From Lama glama (lineage: Eukaryota), in the NCBI GenBank assembly GCA_028534125.1, contig CM052817.1, forward strand, positions 37,946,001 through 38,006,000: a stretch of DNA of 60,000 nucleotides, read 5' to 3'. This document shows positions 26,655 through 38,944 of this stretch, piece by piece. The notes beneath the pieces were generated by a model. That model did no database searches, had not been told where the DNA came from, and saw nothing but the letters and a program-made list of their open reading frames with translations. The first letter of the stretch is position 1, and each line of letters opens with the position of its first letter. The position numbers and the translations under genes were made by a program.

Positions 26655-28970
26655 CAGGCGTACCTCATGGCATTGTGCTTCACTTTTATTGTACTTCGCA
26701 GATAACTGTGTTTTTTACAAATTGAAGGTTTGTGATGACGCTGCATTGAGGAACTCTATTAGTGCCATTTTTCCAATAGCATGCTCACTTTGTGTTCCTG
26801 TGTCACATTTTGGTAGTCCTCACAGTATTTCAAACTTTTTCATTATCATATTTACGATGATTTCTGTGATCAGCGATATTTGATGTTACTGTTCTAAGTG
26901 TTTTCGGGCACAATGAATTGTGTCCATATAAGATGGGGAACTTAATTGATAAATGTTATATGTTCTGACTGCTCCACTGACCAGCTGTTCCCCTGTCCCT
27001 TTCCCTCTCCTTGTGTCTCCCTATTCCTTGAAACACAGAAATATTAAAGTTAGGCCAATTAATATCTTACAAAAGCCTTTACCTATTCAAGTGAAAGAAA
27101 GAGTCATGTGTCATCTCACTTTAAGTCAAAAACTAGAAATGATTAAGCTTAATGAGGGAAGGCACGTTGAAAGCTGCGATAGGCCAAAAGCTAGGCTTCT
27201 TGTGCCAAACAGCCAAGTTGTGAATGCAAAGGAAAAGTTCTTGAAGGAGATTAAAAGTGCTACCCCAGTGAACACATGAATGATAAGAAAGTGAAACATC
27301 CTTGCATGGAGAAAGTTTTAGTGGTCTGGATAGAAGGTCAAACCAGCCACAACATTCCCTTCAGCCAAAACCTAATCCAGAGCAAGGCCCTCTCCCTTCA
27401 ACTCTGTGAAGGCTGAGAGAGGTGAGAAAGCTGTAGAAGAAAAGTTTGAAGCTGGCAGAGGTTGTTTCATAAGGTTTAAGGAAAGAAATACTCTCCATAA
27501 CCTGCAAGTGTTGATGTAGAAGCTGCAGCAGGTTATCCAGAAGATCTCGTCAAAGTAATTCATGAAGGTGGTGACAACTGAAGAACAAATTTTCAACGCA
27601 GACGAAACAGTTTTCTATTGAAAGAAGGCGCCATTTAAGGCTTTCATAGCTAGAGAGGAGAAGTCAGTGCCTGGCTTCAGAGCTTCAAAGGACAGGCTGA
27701 TTCTCTTGTTAGGGGTTAATCCACCTGGTGACTTTAAGTTGAAGCCAGTGCTCATTTACCATTCCTAAAATCCTAGGGCCCTAAAGAATGATGCTTAATC
27801 TACTCTGCCTGGGCTCTATAAATGGAACAACAAAGCCAGGGTGCCAGCACATCTGTTTACAACATGGTTTACTGAATATTTTAAATCCACTGTTGAGACC
27901 TGTTGCTCAGAAGAAAAGATTCCTTTTGAAATATTACTGCTCATTGACAATGCCTCTGGTCACCCAAGAGCTCTGATGGAGAAGTATGGTGAAATTAACA
28001 TTTGTTTTTGTGCCTGCTAACACAACATCCATTCTGCAGCCCATAGATCAAGGGGTAATTTCAACTTTCAAGTATTATTATCTAAGACATTTCATAAGAA
28101 CATGACCGCCATAGATAGTGATTCCTCTGATGGATCTGGGCAAAGCAAATGGAACACCTTCTGGAAAGGATTCAGTATTCTAGATGTCATTAAGAGCATT
28201 TGTGATTCATGGGACGAGATCAGAATATCAATTTAACAGGAGTTTGGAAGAAGTTGATTCCAGCCTTCATAGATAACTTTGAAGGGTTCAAGACTTCAGT
28301 GGAGAAAGGAACTGCAGGTGTGGTGGAAGTAGAAAGAGAACTAGAATTTGAAGTGGAGCCTGAAGATGTGGCTGAATTGCTGCAACCTCATGATAAAATT
28401 TTAACGGATGAGTTTCTTCTTATGGATGGGCAGAGAGTGGTTTCTTGAGGAGGAAGCTACTTCTGGTGAAGATGTTGTGAAGACTGTTGAAATACAAAAA
28501 GGAATTTAGGGTATGACAAACTTAGCTGATAAAGCAGCAACAGGGTTGAAAGAATTGACTCCAATTTTGAAAGAAGTTTTACTGTGGGTAAAGTGCTATC
28601 AGAGAGCATTACATGCTACAGAAAAATTGTTTGTGAAAGGAAGTCAAATGATGTGGTGAACTTCATTGTCTTATTTTGAGAAATTTCCACAACCACCTTA
28701 ACTTTCAGCAGCTACCACCCTGATCAGTCAGCAGCCATCAATATCCAGGCAAGAGCTTCCATCAGCAAAAAGATTATGACTCACTGAAGTCAATAGCAAG
28801 AAAATATTTTTAAATTAAGGGTTTTTTAAAGATATAATATTGCACACTTAACAGAAAACAGTATAGTGTAAATGTAACTTTTATATGCACTGGGAAATCA
28901 AAAAATTCACGTGTCTTGCTTTATTGCAGTGGTCTGGGATGAAACTCACAATATCTCCAATATATGCGTG
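26655..28970 (+). mobile_element. Tigger1 (TcMar/pogo) DNA transposon, near full length (~2.3 kb), transposase decayed, inserted into a MIR
   Basis: Termini caggcgtacctc...tatatgcgtg followed by TA. Transposase remnants [52 protein letters not shown], with stops and frameshifts. Confidence 0.93.
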
Positions 28971-31931
28971 TATTACCTTCATTCCATAAAAAGGACACTA
29001 AGGCTAAGATTGTAAAAAGCTTGCCCAAGGCCTCATTATAAGGATTCTTAGATAAAAGTTAGGTTTTTACCCTTTGCTGAAGTCTCGTTCTAGGATCTCT
29101 CAAGTGCAAAATGAGAACACTGTCTTGAATGAAATGATTTATTAGACCCCTAAAACAGTATCTGGTCCTAATACTGACTTGGTACGTAGTAGGTATTCAA
29201 ACAGTACTAATTGTCTTCCTTTATATATAAAGAACAGACAGGCAGAAGCCGTGCCTGCTCTATTTTCAATGACAACGTGCTTTTTCACGCAATTTAAAAT
29301 AGTGATTAAACATAATTTAAGACTTAAGAGTTTTTAGTGCATTACTGATCAGTAATAAGCCATTGATCATCGCTGGACCAACCAATATAAAAGTGGTATA
29401 GATTCCAGACTGCAGTCCTCTTTAGAGAGTAACACTTCAAGAAATTGAATGGGGAAAATATGCACTGGACAGAACAAAAGCTAATCCTTAATGTCATTAA
29501 GTCTTGTCTCAAATCTGCTGCCTTTAAAACTCATATGTAGATCATTTGATTCAGATTTAAAATGGATTAACCACATGCCTTTCTGCCATAACAAACAGAA
29601 TAGCAGGCATTGTTTCTGCCGACTTTATATCACAATCTTGGAGAGGCATCACGAGCAATTCAGTGTGCTGGTCATGACTGTAAGACTGATAGCTCAATGT
29701 CTTTTGTGCCAAAAGCAGAATCACCATTGTTGGCAGATACGTTCCAGTATCTAAATGACAATACTAAAATAATATGCAACTGATTAATTTTCTGGAGGTG
29801 TGTTTTGTAGCGAATGCATCTTAGCTATCCTGTTAAGTCGATCAAAGTTACACCTGTAGCATCTTTAATAGTGCCTGGCATTCAGTAGGTGCCCAGTAAA
29901 CATTCACCAAATTTCTAGGCAGCTCTGAAGATCCAGCTGTCCATCATCAACACAAGGTAGTCTACTTCAACCCTGAATCGTTTAATGTTAAGCTCAAACT
30001 TCAGGCTCAGACAGTTGATAAATGAAGGAGAAGGATGTGTTATTCATTCATTTCTCTTAAGCTGTAGTCCTATAGATCACCTCATCATAAGAAAACCACA
30101 TCTAAATTACTTTAGCTGAACTAGTGAATAGTTTAATAAAAGAAGAGCATGCATTTTAGAGTTGGACAAACTTGAATTTATATTGTTACCAGTAATTAAT
30201 AGATCTAAGACTTAGAGACAATTAACAGCTCCATATGCCAGTTTCCTCACCTGCTGATAGTGTTAAATATAGTATTTAACAGAATGCAAAGTTCACCTTT
30301 ACCAGGTGAGCAATTAATACTGGTTTACCTTTCTTTCTCCCCTTGTCTTATTGAGAGTTGATATCACATAAGTCATATGAAACATATTTCTATATCTTTG
30401 ATTTAAAATATTATATCTACTGCCTGTTGTTTGATTCAATGGTTATTACATAAAAATCTACTGAATATTTTTTTTCCTAAAGTTAAGTGCTAGAGTTATT
30501 TTACCTTTCCTGTGATCTATGGTGTGATATATTTTAAGAGATCAATGAATCAAAACTTTCCACTCACTGTGGTTTTGTTGTTTTGTCACATTTTCCCTTT
30601 GGCTTGCTGGGAGCCTGACAACTGATGTTTTTGCTCAAGGCAGTAGATGTTCATAACTTAAGTCCTCTGATAAAACTATCACCTCCCAGCCTGCTTTATT
30701 TGACATTTGTTCTTAAAACCGTATTTAATGGTTTTATTGTTTCTATATCTTCTACGGTGAGCTGTACAAATCCTTTTTGAAATCACACAGCATATAAAAC
30801 ATGAATGAAAGAATAAAAGGGCTTGGTTTCCTAGGTACTAAGTGCAGAACTAATCCAGGCTTGGTGCTGTTTTCAGCTATATCATTCAAGAGAAACTAAG
30901 AACACATAACATTTGAAAATTCTTGATGTTTCCAGCTCAGGGATTGACTGACTAGCAGTAACATAGGCCAGTCATGCACAAATGAAAATGGGGAGGAGGG
31001 AGTGCTTCTGGCATACAGGTTATTAAATTTGAGAAAATGCAATCGAAGTTTTAGATGCCTGCAGGATAAGATCAGTAATGTGGGATATTTTTCTTTGCAG
31101 AATTTCACAGCTCTGGGCAAGCAACTCAACCGATGATGGGGACTCATTGCACAAGGTCCTTACTCACAGTTTGAGTAAAATGCAGTCTTTTCACAGAATA
31201 GATTGTGTTCAGATTTCCTCTCTGCCTACCAAACTGCCGGTGGCAATGAAGTCTTTTAATTTAGCTTAAAATATTTTTTTGGCAGATGGGGGACAGGGAA
31301 GAAATGAATTTGCTTTGAACTTTTGCAATGACAATTCTGTTATATCCATATAAAAGTAAACTGTTGAGTCATTTAAATATAAGATTAAATATTCAGTGGA
31401 GGAATGAGTTTCTTTTTAAAAATAATTTGAAGGAACAATAGAATAGACTATTCTAAACCTATAGTTATTTTGAGCCAGATTGGTCTCCAAAACTTAACAC
31501 TGTGGTGATTTATAATTTTTTAATATAATCTTTCTTATTTATAATTAACTTAATTTCTTAATTTCTTCTCTGGAAAGAGACTTTCCATTTCACTGAGCAT
31601 TTATGAATACCTGTGAGTTTCATGCATTCCTCCCAAGTGTTTTAGTATACATTTAATACAAATAGATGATGGAGTGTTTATTTTCATGAGCTAATTGAGA
31701 TAAAATTGATAGGGCACAGTATTGTACCTGTGAGACAGGAAAACGTGTCCCTGTGAGTATGGCATCTGAGCCGGCTAAAGAGGTGCTGATACCAAGGAAA
31801 GCCATCATGGCATTATTTTTAACTTCCTCATCCTGTGTTTACTTGGCTTGACCTGCACGTCATCCAGTTTTTGCCTCTCTAGCTAGGTTTTTTTGAATGG
31901 TGACATCTCTTAACATCTACTGTTCTCTAAA

Positions 31932-32110
31932 ATAGTGGTTCTTGAAGTGTGGAACTTGCTAGAAATACAAACTCTTGGCCTAATCTTAGTCCCACTGAAT
32001 TAGAAACTTGTCAGTTGGTCTCAGCAATCTGTGTTTCCCTGTGACTTGCTGGAAGTTTGACACTGACTTTTTTGCTCAAGGCATAGCTCCTCAGGTAGTT
32101 CTGATCCGTA
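31932..32110 (+). mobile_element. MER5A (hAT-Charlie) with an internal foreign insertion
   Basis: agtggttcttgaagtgtggaacttgctagaaat...cagcaatctgtgttt[insert]ctcctcaggtagttctgat. Confidence 0.7.
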
Positions 32111-32324
32111 TTAAAACCTCAGAATGTAGACCTTAAACCACTGGCCAGTCATGCCTTCCCAATATGGTGTGTGAATTCACAAACTTTGTAATGATGACTT
32201 GCAGTCTTTTTATGAGAAATTATATGCTCTGAGATGGATAAAAAGATCACTGAGTAATTTTTATTTTAGAAAATGTGTCAGGTATTAGGCATTTTATTTG
32301 AAGGGCTTTTATTTGTTTCTTTTT

Positions 32325-32443
32325 TTAAACATTTTCTTATTGAGTTATAGTCATTTTACAATGTTGTGTCAAATTCCAGTGTAGAGCACAATTTTTCTGT
32401 TATACATGAACATACATACTTTCATTGTCACATTCTCTTTCAC
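32325..32443 (-). mobile_element. Young camelid L1 3' end, 5'-truncated
   Basis: Same family as 13457-13571; perfect 16-bp TSD ttatttgtttcttttt at 32309 and 32444. Confidence 0.85.
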
Positions 32444-32987
32444 TTATTTGTTTCTTTTTGACTGGGAGTATTATTGTGGCTGAAATTTCCCCCTCCTTCC
32501 CCCATGTAAGCCCTGTGATTGTATTAACCATTTTACCAAAACTACCATTAAGTCCATAGATCGCTTTCCTGTTATATGAAAAGTCCTGTTCTAGGTATGC
32601 ACTGGGAAAAATTACAGTTCTTCTCTAACTGTGTGTGAACAATTGCTGGGATGAAATGATATACTCCATTGTAACACTTGGCCAGCCGTCGGCCTGTCTA
32701 AATACCAAACTTTGTCTGTCCTTGAATCAAATGTTTGAATCTGAGGTGTAGGGTAATCCTTGTTCTAACTAGGACTCTGGTTCTCAGTTTATCTTTGCTG
32801 TAAACAATGGAATTTGGCAATGTGTAAAGACACAAAGTGTGTTCCCTGATGCAGTTGCAGAAATATTATTTCTGCTATGTAATATAATACACATAAATAC
32901 AATAAATAATATAATAATTTACTTTCCAAATACGTCAGGCAGAGCTGTGTGATCTGTTTTACAGTCTTCAGGCAATTACTCCACTCC

Positions 32988-33362
32988 AGTGTGTGATTTT
33001 CAGTATGCATCAGAACACTTAGAGGGCTTATTAGAACAGTTTGTTGGGCCCCACCCCCCCAGAGTTCCTGATTTAATAGGTGTGAGGTGGGAGTGAGCAT
33101 CTGCATTTCTAACAAGTCTCCAAGGGATGCTGATACTGATGCTCCAGGGAGCACATCGTGAGGATGATTGTTATAAACTGTCTTTCTCAAAGTCAGATCC
33201 TCAGATCCTCAAATCACAACCACCTGAACTGCCTAGTAATCTGCGGATCCTCAGGACCCATGCTGACAGCTTGAATCCAGGTCTCCGGGGTGTTGTGTCA
33301 GTGATTTGTATTTTATCAAGCTCCCCAGGTGGTACAATTCATATTCACATCTGAGAACCAGT
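32988..33362. mobile_element. Two adjacent MER5-type hAT MITEs
   Basis: tgcatcagaacact...tctgcatttctaacaagtctccaagggatgctgat; ttctcaaagt...ttttatcaagctccccaggtg...tgagaacca. Confidence 0.7.
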
Positions 33363-34849
33363 AAGAGGGGAAGTCTGAGGACACAGTTAGCCAGAGAAAA
33401 CAAAAATCGAGTCTCCTCTCCAACATTGCCAATTTTATTACATGACTTGGCATCTATGGTTGTTTTATACATAGTAGCTGAATGGATTAGTGTTAATGAA
33501 TAAATGTAGGCAATTAGTTGATATTCTCTGTTTGCTCTCAGCACCTTTTCTTTATTCTGCTATAAAATATATCATCCATATTTAGCCACTTGCTTACTTG
33601 GGTGCCTCCACCTAGACAGGGGCCTATCCCGTCGCTGTATATCCAGTGTCAGAGATCTGGGACGTAAGGGTCATCACAAGTGGTTAGTACATATACGCAG
33701 TGCAGTTGGAATAAGCGACATTTCAGAGGTGAGGAGAATATGTGGGGAAAAGGGAAATAGCTTACCTGGGTCTGATGAGACTAGTGTGTGCTAAGAATTA
33801 TGTGGGTGGTCAGAAACCAGAATATCAAAAGAGAGAAAGAAGGATCAGAACATGACGAACTGCAAATCAGGCACTTCTTCCCAGATTAACCTTGGAATGT
33901 GAATTCTTTGATAGTCTAGCTCCAGTTGCTTTTTAAAACAAAAAACAAAAACAAACAAACAAAAAAGCCCTCCTTTCCTAGCCAAGGGGAAAAAATGACT
34001 TTCATAGGGTTAGTTTACTGATACATCAAAAAAGTATGGAGTAGAAATGGACTACGGTGTGGGGAAAAGTTCCTGATACTGCAGTTGAAATAAAGGATTG
34101 TTTAAATACTAATGTTCTTGTTTCTGCTATCGTCCACAACCATCCTCTAAATTCTAAACCCTGTTTAGTCTCTGTGAATGGGCTTACAGTGCCCTGATTC
34201 TTAATAGTCTTGTTTAATTTCCTGTTCTGTGCTTCACAGATGGCCTCCTGGATTTCAGACTTCTCATTATTGTATTTGTAAACTACCTGAATTTTTGGTC
34301 TCTGCCCAAACAACCTGAATTCCTAATCTGTAGTCCACTCTGTTCTCTGAGGCTCTGAGTGTTTGTACTGGATCGTTGCCTTCACCTCTCTCCCAATCAC
34401 AGGCTGGTGCCTGTCGCGTGTATACTGCTCTCAAGCCTGCCTGGAGTCTTAAGGTTCTTGCAGTAGATGTGCAGGTTTTGCCACGCATGTTCACGCAGTC
34501 CACACCGCATTCTCCTCACTTACATTGCTGATGCTGCCTGCCTCCCTGTCCAAGAGCACAGGAGCAAATTAGTCTCTACTTCCATTTCAATTTTTTATTA
34601 GAAATGAAATGCCAAAAATGTCCAGGGAAATGGTTTTATGGCCAACTAGAGGTTCAGAGCCTAAGGAAATTTAAGTCTTTTTTCAAATTATATGGGAATT
34701 AGCTATTCAGAGGTCAGTGTATGTTAAAACCATACAAAGTCCTTTGGTTTAAATTCTGGTCTCAGAATATTAAAGTCAGTTTTTGTTTTGTTTATTTTGT
34801 TTTTTTTCTAATTAAAGTTTTGGCATACTCAAAAGTTGTGAGGTAGGTA

Positions 34850-35020
34850 GGAAATTATTCATTGTGTGGGAATGCCCCACTCATTGCAGGACAACCAGCA
34901 TTGTCTGCTAAGCCATCTAAATGCCAGCCACACCTCCTGTCCTTGTGGTACACCAAAACATGCCCACAGGGCTCCCAGATGCCTGCTAAGGGTTAGTGTC
35001 AACTCTAATGAGAGCCACTG
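34850..35020. mobile_element. MER20-like hAT MITE fragment
   Basis: cattgcaggac..agcat...taaatgccag...tgagagccactg. Confidence 0.55.
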
Positions 35021-35944
35021 GTTTAGACCATTCAATTTTCAAGTGCTGGGACTGGAAAGGAACCCATGGAACATGAGAGTGCTCAAAAGTTGAGCAAGAT
35101 CAGCAAGAAGGAGAGGAATGACTATTGGGTAGACATCCACCAGTGTGCCACCAGGAAAAGGCTAGACTATATTCTGGAAGGTCCCTTCTCACTATAGAAT
35201 CCAAACTATTTAATATCATAAAAAGTAATATAAGATCACTTGTGGGTAAACACAAATAATGAATAATGGACATTTACATTATATACATTCATAAGTCATG
35301 ATCCAAAATAACAATTTTCTCAATTGCTAAATGTAATTAATAGATGAACTTCTCTTAATGATAAACAAAAGATACAGCAATTGAGATTTAAAATCTAAGC
35401 TTGCAATGAATACAAAAGCTGTCATGGGCATTTTAGAATAGTGTTAGTGACTTAAAATTTTTCAATGTTTAATGCAGGATGGTAGTATTTTTGGTATTAG
35501 TGAGGACAAACAAAGTCAACACTATTTAACTCAAACTTACCTAATTGAAAAGTTAAAACTATGCATTATTTTGTATGTCAGGTTTTTTTTTTTTCTGAGA
35601 AAGGAATGTAGATACCGCCTTTTATTCTTCCTCACATGACTGTTAAAACAGATAATCAGGGATCTAGTCTCTCGGGCTGGTGTATGTTCAGTTAGATGTT
35701 TGCTGCATAAATATATGAGTTTAATGAAACATCTCAGAAAAGATGATGCAGATCTAACCTAAAAATATTTTATTGTAAATAGTTTTACTATTGAAAACAG
35801 AATTTTCTTTGCATATTTTCTAAGATCTTTTACTCCGGGTTATCTTACATGGACTAACATATTTTTTTCTGGGTGAAGTGCAGGTTTATATAGTGATCAC
35901 AGATGACAAGGATTAGTAATCATTAAAAGAACAGGCTTCTGTAG

Positions 35945-36178
<234 letters not shown>

Positions 36179-37204
36179 TAAGTGGGATGGATTTAACTTG
36201 AATTTGTAAAGGGAACATGCCGTGTGTGCTGACCAGCCACAAACACACAAACACACACAAATAAATAGCATGACTTGAGAGGGGAAAAATCCATTCTACC
36301 AAAGAAAAGTAAAATTATGATCATTATCAGTAATTCATTACCCACTGGCCTATAATATATACATGCTTGCTGTGACTAGTTTTTCTAGTCACAAAAAAAT
36401 CCATTACAGAACAACCATGGAGAAACCAGGAGAATCTGAGGTTTTCTATCTGTTGCTAAAGTATTTAGAAAATTTTACTTGGATGTTTTCACATCAAGAT
36501 GTGAGGAAACATGTGTTCAGATAACCAGCAAATAAAATCTCCTACACTCTAAAGAAGTACAAATGAGATCTCAAATGTGCCAGTGACTTTTAAAGTTCAG
36601 TGTTTAAAATTCAGTTACCTATTCGAAAAAGTGGTATTTTGAAAATTTTTGTTGAATATTTCCAAAGTGGAAAGATTCTGGGCTCCTTAGCAACCATTCT
36701 TTTGTGACATGTTGAGTGGCAAATTGAAATGATGACAAATCAAGAGCTGACTTACCTGTTATAAAACTTTTGCAAAAATGATGATACCAGATTGATAAGC
36801 ATTTTGTTTAGGCAGTTTTAACTTATAATTTAGCAACCAAATATATTTAGTATAAACTTATTAGTATAATAATTTTCAACTTGGTGGCTTACAACTATAA
36901 GTAAAAATTTAGGACATGCACTATAAGTATATGTGTATTTGTGTTTATTTATGAAGAATATTTACATATACCAATATATTTATTTATTATATAAATTACT
37001 GCTATATTAGTAGTGTCCATTTTAAAACACATACATCCCTTTTAAAGGATGAGATGAAGACAAAATAAACATTTTAAATAGATTTTATTTTAAAACTCCT
37101 TTTTTCACTCATTTGATATGATGTTATTTTGGTGAAAGAAATCTAGCAGTTACAATTATTTTTCAAACTTTCATCTTGTATTTTATAAAACAAGTGAAAA
37201 TCTG

Positions 37205-37895
37205 GTTTACTTTATTTCTTATTTTATTTTTTGCTTTTTTAAAGATTATTTTAAGAGCAGTTTTATTTTCATAGCAAAATTGAGAAGAAGGTACAGAGAC
37301 TTCCCATATGTCCCCTGCCCACACACATGCATAGTCTCCTCCAGTATCAACGTGCCCCACCGGAGCGGTACGCTTATCACAATTGACGAACCTACACTCA
37401 CACATCATCATCACCAAAACTCATAGTTTAGATTAAGGTTCACTCTTGGTGTTGTACATTCTATGGGTTTGGAGAAATGTAAAATGACATGTATCCATTA
37501 TTATGATATCATACGGAGTATTTCTGCTGCCCTAAAAATCCTATATAATCACCCATTCATCCCTTTCCCTATCCCTAACCCCTGGCAACCATTGATCTTT
37601 TTACTGTTCCCATAGTTTGCCCATTTTCAGAATGTCGTATAGTTGGAATCAAACAGAATACAGCCTTTTCAGATTGGCTTTGAATCATTTAGTAATATGC
37701 ATTTAAGTTTCTGCCATGTTTTTTCATGGATTGAAACCTCATTTCTTTTTAGCATTGAATAATATTCTTTTGTCTGTGTGTACCATAGTTTATCCATTCA
37801 CCTACTTTGGGACATCTTGGATGCTTCTAAGTTTTGGCAATTAGAAGTAAAGCTGTTTTAAACACCTGCATGCAGGTTTTGCTTGGACATACATT
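37205..37895 (-). mobile_element. L1 3' end (L1MC-like)
   Basis: aagagcagtttta..ttcatagcaaaattgagaagaaggtacagaga...ggttcactcttggtgttgtacattctatggg...cccctggcaaccattgatc. Confidence 0.85.
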
Positions 37896-38244
37896 TTAAA
37901 GGTTCACTTTGTGTTGACAGCTTGTCTTTAAGTTCATTCTCAATGCTTAGTCAATGCAAAAAGCAGAAGTACATGGTTGGTACCCAACTAACTTTTTACT
38001 AGCACTTAAAATTCATTCATCAAATACACCAAGGCTTTTACTGAAGTTCATCTAGTAAATGTCAATGCCATTCAGTGGTTGTTTTGTAATTTGAAAGATG
38101 GGACTTTTTAATATTTTCAAATAATAGGCCAATCTTTCATTTAGTAGGTATTTAAACAGTTAAGAAAATTTTTATTTTCAATGTTTATTTATTATGGTAC
38201 AGGGTTGCAAGTGAACCTCTTTGTGACACAAAACAATTTCATGG

Positions 38245-38944
38245 TGTGGGAGGCAGAATAATGGTCTCTCAAAGATACCTAGAGCATAATCCTCCAAATC
38301 ATTTATTTAAAAAACTGAAGTACAGTCAGTTTACAATGTTGTCAATTTCTGGTGTACAGGATAATGTTTCAGTCATACATATACATACATATATTCCTTT
38401 TGAGACTCCTTGATATGTTATCTTTCATGACAAAAAGAGCTTTGCAGTTGTGATTAAGGTTAGGGACCTTTTCAAATGGGAGATTATCCTGGAATATCCA
38501 GGTGGGACCAGTCTAGTCACATGAGTTTTTAAAAGTGAAAAAGGAAGGAAGAAGAGTGGGTCAGAGAAATGCAGTGAGAGAAAAGAGAGAAGAGATTCAA
38601 AACATGAGATGGGTTTGCCTTATTGTTGCTGGGGCTTTAAAGATAAAGAATGCCAGGGTCCAAGGAGTGGGGCAGCTTCTGGAAGCTAAGAATGGCCCTC
38701 AGCTGACAATTAGCAAGAAGATGGAGACCTCAGTCATACAACTGTGGGGAACTGAATTTGCCAACAAACCTGAATGAGAAAGGAAACAGATTGTCCTCTA
38801 GCACCTCCAGAAAGGAACTCAGTCTGCTGACAGCCCAGTGGGACTCGTGTAGGGCCTCTGACCTAGAGAACTGTAAGATAATAAATTTATGTTGTTTGAG
38901 CAGCTAAGTTTGTTGTGGATTGTCATGGTAATAATACTAATACA
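38245..38944 (+). mobile_element. MaLR MLT1 solo LTR with a short L1 3' fragment (- strand, ~38300-38400) inserted
   Basis: tgtgggaggcagaataatgg...gattatcctggaatatccaggtggg...agaactgtaagataataaattt...ctaataca. Confidence 0.85.

Noticed and set aside
26953..28448. Domesticated TIGD-like transposase gene
   Set aside because: Multiple stops and frameshifts, and the transposon ends are still present
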